A stretch of DNA of 58,748 nt from an uncultured Candidatus Saccharibacteria bacterium (GTDB taxonomy: Bacteria; Patescibacteriota; Saccharimonadia; CAILAD01; GCA-016700035), in the NCBI GenBank assembly GCA_964454845.1, contig CAYVVS010000004.1, forward strand, positions 1 through 58,748, given 5' to 3'. This document shows, one piece after another, positions 53,618 through 58,748 of the stretch; within the stretch, counting starts at the first letter, position 1, and each line of letters starts with the position of its first letter. The notes below the pieces were generated by a model. It was not told the origin of the DNA. It did no database searches and saw nothing but the letters and a program-made list of their open reading frames with translations. The translations under genes and the position numbers were made by a program.

Positions 53618-55600
53618 ATGGCCAAATCTTCAAGCAAAAAAACCGTTCTTATAGTAGAAAGCCCTGCAAAAGGTAAGACTATCGAGTCCTACCTTGGCAA
53701 GGGCTATAAAGTCGTGGCTAGCTATGGCCATGTTCGCGACCTACCCAAATCTAAGCTTGGGATTGATGTAGAAAACGATTTTGAGCCACAATATATGGTC
53801 CCACGCGGTAGTGCCTCTCGCATTAAAACTCTCAAAAACGCCACCAAAGACGCAGACACAATCTTGCTCGCAACCGACCTTGACCGCGAAGGAGAGGCTA
53901 TTGCTTGGCACTTAGCTGCTATTCTTGAGCCCACCGAAAAGCAAGAGATGAAGCGCATCACGTTCTCTGAAATTACCAAGCCCGCGCTAGAAGATGCAGT
54001 GGCAAACCCACGAGATATTAATCAAAACCTCGTCGACGCCCAACAGGCTAGGCGTGTACTCGACCGGCTGGTAGGCTATTCACTCTCTCCGGTACTCTGG
54101 AAAAAAGTCCGCTACGGACTCTCGGCAGGACGAGTACAGAGTGTGGCGCTTAAATTTATTACGGACCGCGAAAAAGAAATCGAAGCTTTTAAAACTGAAG
54201 AGTATTGGAGTATTGCAGCTCAACTCAAAGCTCAAAAAGGTGAATTCAGTGCCAACTTAATCAGCGTCGCCGGCGATAAGATTGCACTAGATAACGCAAA
54301 AGATACCGAAGCAATCGTCACTAGCCTTAAAGCCGATACCTACACCGTGTTAGACGTAGAAAAGAAGCCACTGCGCCGCACCCCACCAGCACCATTTACT
54401 ACGAGTACCCTCCAACAAGACGCCTATCGTCGGCTTGGCTTTGGTGCGCGCCGAACAATGCGTGCCGCTCAAAGCCTCTATGAAGCTGGACTCATCTCCT
54501 ATATGCGTACCGACTCTGTAACACTTTCAGAGCAAGCCCTAACAGCGATTTCAGCTTACATCACCGGCGAGCTCGGTAAAGAATACGGCCTCGCAAAGCC
54601 ACGTATCCACAAAACCAAATCTCGGGGTGCACAAGAAGCCCACGAAGCTATCCGCCCAACCAACCCTGAACGCGCACCGCATACTATTCAGGATATCGGT
54701 GGCGATGAAGCGAAACTTTATAACTTAGTTTGGCAACGCACTCTGGCCTCACAGATGGCGGTGGCTGAATTTGAGCAAACTAAAATTAATGTTCAAGCTC
54801 AAAAAACCGATGCTTTGTTGCGCGCCAGTGGGCGAGTGCTGGTATTTGACGGCTTCACTAAGATATATCCGCCCCAAAGCAAGGATGAAGCGCCACTTTT
54901 ACCAGACGTTGCCGCTAAAGAAAAGCTATCCCTTATTGATGTCAGTGGGGATCAACACTTTACTCAGCCGCCAGCTCGCTACAGTGAAGCCACTCTAGTG
55001 AAAAAACTCGAAGAGGCGGGTATTGGTCGTCCAAGTACCTATGCGCCGACGATTGCTACTATTATTTCGCGCGGCTACGTTTTAAACGAAGATAAGCGCC
55101 TGGTTCCTCAACCTGTTGGTATGGTTGTTTCTGATTTGCTCGCCGAAAACTTCGATTTTGTTACCGAGCCAGAATTCACTGCCGAGATGGAAGATACGCT
55201 TGACGAGGTTGCTGCCGGCAAACAAACCTGGAAGCCTGTTATTCGTGAATACTACGAACCAATGCATAAACTTATTGAAGAAAAAGAACAGTCAATAAAA
55301 AAGATCGAATTGCCAGTTATCGAAACAGATGAAAAATGCGAGCTCTGTGGCAAAACGATGGTGATTAAATCTGGTCGCTTCGGCCAATTTCTAGCTTGTT
55401 CTGGGTGGCCAGACTGTAAAAATGCCAAGCCAATCCTCAAAAAAACCGGCGTGGAATGCCCTCAATGCAAAGAAGGGGAAGTAGTAGAGCGTAAAACTAA
55501 AAAAGGACGTCGTTTCTGGGGCTGCTCTCGATATCCCGACTGTGACTACGCAACCTGGACTAAACCGAAAAATCCTGACGCCGAAGAGGCTAGTGACTAG
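53618..55600 (+). CDS. topA: DNA topoisomerase I
   Basis: TOPRIM (LIVESPAKGKTI, DLDREGE), active-site Tyr block ISYMRTDS, and two C-terminal CxxC...CxxC zinc ribbons. Confidence 0.95.
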   Translation: MAKSSSKKTVLIVESPAKGKTIESYLGKGYKVVASYGHVRDLPKSKLGIDVENDFEPQYMVPRGSASRIKTLKNATKDADTILLATDLDREGEAIAWHLAAILEPTEKQEMKRITFSEITKPALEDAVANPRDINQNLVDAQQARRVLDRLVGYSLSPVLWKKVRYGLSAGRVQSVALKFITDREKEIEAFKTEEYWSIAAQLKAQKGEFSANLISVAGDKIALDNAKDTEAIVTSLKADTYTVLDVEKKPLRRTPPAPFTTSTLQQDAYRRLGFGARRTMRAAQSLYEAGLISYMRTDSVTLSEQALTAISAYITGELGKEYGLAKPRIHKTKSRGAQEAHEAIRPTNPERAPHTIQDIGGDEAKLYNLVWQRTLASQMAVAEFEQTKINVQAQKTDALLRASGRVLVFDGFTKIYPPQSKDEAPLLPDVAAKEKLSLIDVSGDQHFTQPPARYSEATLVKKLEEAGIGRPSTYAPTIATIISRGYVLNEDKRLVPQPVGMVVSDLLAENFDFVTEPEFTAEMEDTLDEVAAGKQTWKPVIREYYEPMHKLIEEKEQSIKKIELPVIETDEKCELCGKTMVIKSGRFGQFLACSGWPDCKNAKPILKKTGVECPQCKEGEVVERKTKKGRRFWGCSRYPDCDYATWTKPKNPDAEEASD

Positions 55601-55654
55601 CGCCTCTTAAGCACAAGCTTTTTGACGAATCTCCAAAAAAGTCCTCTAGTTTTA

Positions 55655-55683
55655 TTGACCTATCTAACTTGCGATGATATAAT
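55655..55683 (+). promoter_or_regulatory. Near-consensus sigma-70 promoter
   Basis: TTGACC-N17-TATAAT. Confidence 0.6.
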
Positions 55684-55718
55684 ATCTTCCAAGACCAATA
55701 CTTATAGGTTTAAAGAGG

Positions 55719-56825
55719 GTGAGGAATATGTCTACTCAAGCTATGACGAAAACTACTACTATTGATGTTCGCCCTCTCGTTGAATCGTTGATCGACGAGA
55801 GTTTGCGTGTACTCAAAAAAGATCGCGATCGCGAAGTTGTGGCTAAGCGCCACGGACTCAAGACCTACCAACCTCACACTCTGGAGCAAATTGGTAGTGA
55901 GCTTGGCATTACCCGCGAACGTGTTCGCCAGATAGAAAAAGCCGCCTTCCAAAAAATTCGCGAGCAAGGACTCACCGAAAGTGAGCTCCATACTGCTATG
56001 CTCGATTCCATCCAAGAAACTGGCGGTATCATTCAGCTAGATCGTCTTTTGAGCGCGCTCGAACTTGATACTAACGAGCGCCCAAATGTCACTTACCTGG
56101 TGCGCATCATGCCGGACCTCGAACTGGTTGAGCAGAACGAAGAACTTTCGCCAGTCGTATCTCTAGCTGACCCATATAACCGCCAGACCGTTATTCAACT
56201 TCACGCTCAACTTCACGATGCCACAAAGACTCACGGCAAGCCTGTAAAATTTGATAAAATTGCTGGCGCCATCGATGGACCACATGCCCGTACTGCGCTT
56301 GAAGAACTGGCGATTGCCTCTAAGCTCGTAACCGACCTTGATGGCCATTGGGGCTTGGCAGTATGGCCAGAGGTAAATCCACGTAGTATTCGTGATAAGA
56401 CCTATCTGGTACTCAAAAAAGCTGGTCGGCCAATGCACTTTACTGAAATTGCCGATAAGATCTCTAAGCTCGACGCTAACCCAAAGCAAGTAACAACTCA
56501 GGCTGTTCACAATGAACTCATTAAAGACGCTCGTTTTGTACTAATCGGCCGTGGTATTTATGCCCTCGCCGAATGGGGCTATCAGGCCGGAACGGTTTCT
56601 GATATTATCGAGCAAATTTTGCGCGAAGAAAGCCCGCTCACACGTGAAGAAATTATTAAGCGCGTACTTGCACGTCGTCAGGTAAAAGTTGCCACCATTG
56701 CACTCAATCTGCAAGAAAAGCCGCAGTTTGAACGCGTCGGTAAGGGACTCTACAAACTACAAGACGGCTATGTTGCTGAGCCACGTAAACGCCGTGGTCG
56801 ACCACGTAACAACGCTACTGCGTAA
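55719..56825 (+). CDS. Sigma-70 region-4-like plus HARE-HTH-like domain protein
   Basis: GAGGGTGAGG SD. HTLEQIGSELGITRERVRQIEKAAFQKIR is a region 4.2-type HTH. The C-terminal block HFTEIADKI...FVLIGRGIYALAEWGY resembles a HARE-HTH (RpoE/delta N-terminal-like) domain. Basic tail. Confidence 0.65.
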   Translation: MRNMSTQAMTKTTTIDVRPLVESLIDESLRVLKKDRDREVVAKRHGLKTYQPHTLEQIGSELGITRERVRQIEKAAFQKIREQGLTESELHTAMLDSIQETGGIIQLDRLLSALELDTNERPNVTYLVRIMPDLELVEQNEELSPVVSLADPYNRQTVIQLHAQLHDATKTHGKPVKFDKIAGAIDGPHARTALEELAIASKLVTDLDGHWGLAVWPEVNPRSIRDKTYLVLKKAGRPMHFTEIADKISKLDANPKQVTTQAVHNELIKDARFVLIGRGIYALAEWGYQAGTVSDIIEQILREESPLTREEIIKRVLARRQVKVATIALNLQEKPQFERVGKGLYKLQDGYVAEPRKRRGRPRNNATA

Positions 56826-56889
56826 CACCATAAAACACCGAGAGAAAGAGCGTACTTCATATAAAGTGCGGTACAATAGAACCTAATCC

Positions 56890-58748
56890 ATGGAAGCATT
56901 ATTTTCAGTAATTGGCGCCGTTTTTTCAATAATCGGCATTGCATTGTTTCAGTACTGGGGCTGGACCCTTATTGCCGCATATCTGATTTGGCAAATCTGG
57001 CAAAACAAGCGCAAAGTGGCCTACGTAGAGACCACTGAACATACCATGCTCCAGATTATCGTTCCGAAAAACAACGATAAAAAAGAGCTCTCTGCCGAAC
57101 AGCTATTTGCCAGTTTGCACGGGATTTTACGCCCCAAATCTGAAATCGAAAAAGAAGGCTCAATTCAGGAGCACATTAGTTTTGAAATCGTCTCCGAGCA
57201 AAACGTTATTAATTTTTATGTTTGGGTGCCGGTTCATCTTAAAGACTACGTCGAAAGCCAAGTCTATGCTCAGTACCCGACAGTCCAAATCTTAGCCGAT
57301 GCCGAAGACTATGCCAAGCGCGATATTGGTGATCAACTGAGCGTTATTGGTGAAATCACAACCACCAAAGACTTTATCTTTCCGATCAAAACCTTCACTA
57401 CGTTCGAGGTAGACCCTCTTGCTGGTATTACTACCGTCCTTGCCACTCTGAACCCAAATGAGCAAATCTGGGTTCAGTACCTTATGCGCCCGGTTGACGA
57501 CTCCTGGCACGCTCGCAGCCTTTCCTATGTATCAGAGCTGAAAAACGGCAAAAAGAAAGGTCTCCTTGACGGTTGGGAACAGAAGCTTTTCTTACTTCCG
57601 CTGGAAGCAATTCTGTACTTTATCCAGGCCCTGGTTAATCCTCCACAACCTAAGGAAAAGAAGGACGAGCCAAAAAAAGAGCTGTCACCGGGACAAACGA
57701 CTGTTGCTTCAGCTATCGAGACCAAAGCTGAAAAAATTGGCTACGAAGTTAAAATTCGCGTGGCCTACGTTGGCGACTCTGCCGACCTTGCCAAGCAGCG
57801 CATGCAGGCACTCTATGGTGGCTTTAAGCAGTTTAATACTATTAATCTTAATGGCTTAAACGGCGGGGGATACGACACTACTCCTGAAGGGCTTCAAGAG
57901 TACCGTGCGCGTTACTTTGAGGGTGGCGGCTTTATCTTAAATGTAGAAGAGCTTGCCAGCTTATATCACTTACCACACACCAGTGTAGAAACTCCAAATA
58001 TCGCCTGGACCACTACAAAAGTAGGGGAGCCACCAACAAACCTCCCAACCCTTGCGAATACGCCTCAGGAGGCCCTCTCACTTATCGGAACTACGACGTT
58101 TAGGCAAACTAACGTAAAATTCGGCATCAAACGTGATGACCGCAAGCGCCACCTCTACATCATTGGTAAGTCTGGATCCGGAAAAAGCTTTGCGTTGCTC
58201 CTTTTAACCCTATCTGATATTTACCACAATCAAGGCTTTGCGATTGTCGACCCACACGGTGACTTTGCCCAGGATGCACTAAAATACATCCCGCCACACC
58301 GCCATCAAGATGTGGTGTACTTCAACCCATCCGACTTTGATAACCCGATTGCATTCAACCCAATGGAAAATGCCGATCCAAATATGCGCGCTTCGATTGC
58401 CTCAGAGATTATTGGCGTATTAAAGAAAATGTTTGCCGAGTCATGGGGACCTCGGCTTGAACACATTTTGCGTTTTACACTGCTAGCACTCCTAGAAACA
58501 CCTGATGCCAACCTGATGGGTATTACTAGGATGCTCACAGATAAAAACTTCCGTAAGAAAGTTGTTGATCAGCTCACCGACGTCACCGTGAAATCCTTCT
58601 GGATGAATGAATTTGCAAGCTGGAATGATAAATTTGCTACCGAAGCCGTCGCGCCAATCCTCAATAAGGTAGGGGCTTTTACGGCCAACCCATTGGTACG
58701 AAACGTAATTGGGCAGAAGAAATCAAGCTTTGATATCCGCCAGATTAT
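56890..58748 (+). CDS. T4SS coupling-protein-like (VirD4/TraD/TrwB-type) membrane ATPase, 3'-truncated by the window end
   Basis: Absent from the ORF track because no stop occurs before the window end. Frame read by hand from ATG 56890: two N-terminal TM helices, then Walker A RHLYIIGKSGSGKSF about 425 aa in, followed by FAIVDPHGDF. Confidence 0.7.
   Translation, partial: MEALFSVIGAVFSIIGIALFQYWGWTLIAAYLIWQIWQNKRKVAYVETTEHTMLQIIVPKNNDKKELSAEQLFASLHGILRPKSEIEKEGSIQEHISFEIVSEQNVINFYVWVPVHLKDYVESQVYAQYPTVQILADAEDYAKRDIGDQLSVIGEITTTKDFIFPIKTFTTFEVDPLAGITTVLATLNPNEQIWVQYLMRPVDDSWHARSLSYVSELKNGKKKGLLDGWEQKLFLLPLEAILYFIQALVNPPQPKEKKDEPKKELSPGQTTVASAIETKAEKIGYEVKIRVAYVGDSADLAKQRMQALYGGFKQFNTINLNGLNGGGYDTTPEGLQEYRARYFEGGGFILNVEELASLYHLPHTSVETPNIAWTTTKVGEPPTNLPTLANTPQEALSLIGTTTFRQTNVKFGIKRDDRKRHLYIIGKSGSGKSFALLLLTLSDIYHNQGFAIVDPHGDFAQDALKYIPPHRHQDVVYFNPSDFDNPIAFNPMENADPNMRASIASEIIGVLKKMFAESWGPRLEHILRFTLLALLETPDANLMGITRMLTDKNFRKKVVDQLTDVTVKSFWMNEFASWNDKFATEAVAPILNKVGAFTANPLVRNVIGQKKSSFDIRQI

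Noticed and set aside
1-58748. CRISPR arrays, rRNA genes, IS elements with terminal inverted repeats, retron or RT-type systems
   Set aside because: I saw no regularly spaced direct repeats, no rRNA-like conserved blocks, and no transposase or reverse-transcriptase motifs. The only recombinase is the serine integrase at 30210..31742.

Overview
58.7-kb chromosomal window, densely coding: about 65 protein genes, one tRNA, no rRNA, no CRISPR array. It holds housekeeping genes (gltX, archaeal-type aspS, tgt, der, pth, topA, dprA, scpAB, class Ia nrdAB), a type IV pilus minor-pilin operon, a T4SS-coupling-type ATPase and many small membrane proteins, with short intergenic regions and mid-range G+C. 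This fits a reduced-genome Patescibacteria/CPR (Saccharibacteria-like) organism, but that taxonomic call is inference only. Most notable observations: (i) A ~6.6-kb integrative islet (30.2-36.9 kb) sits beside tRNA-Glu(CUC). Its large serine recombinase ORF runs antisense into the tRNA. It carries candidate defence or exclusion cargo (a PD-(D/E)xK-like protein and a coiled-coil 2-TM protein) and a ~0.4-kb, ~70% G+C single-gene cassette under a consensus AT-rich promoter, possibly captured from a high-GC (e.g. actinobacterial) donor. (ii) Two more GC-rich winged-helix mini-genes lie at 1.9-2.5 kb. (iii) A -10 box / N6-7 / ATG leaderless architecture recurs at many first genes, including a Fur-family gene whose -10 lies inside a perfect 31-bp palindrome. 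(iv) A GT2 synthase / CE4 deacetylase / GH6 hydrolase polysaccharide locus lies beside the pilin operon. (v) A 57-aa stand-alone LPXTG-like sorting-signal ORF sits behind a promoter-proximal terminator. (vi) Several structured intergenic elements remain unexplained (42.7-43.0 kb, 52.37-52.57 kb). All functional calls rest on motifs read by eye; no database search was possible.
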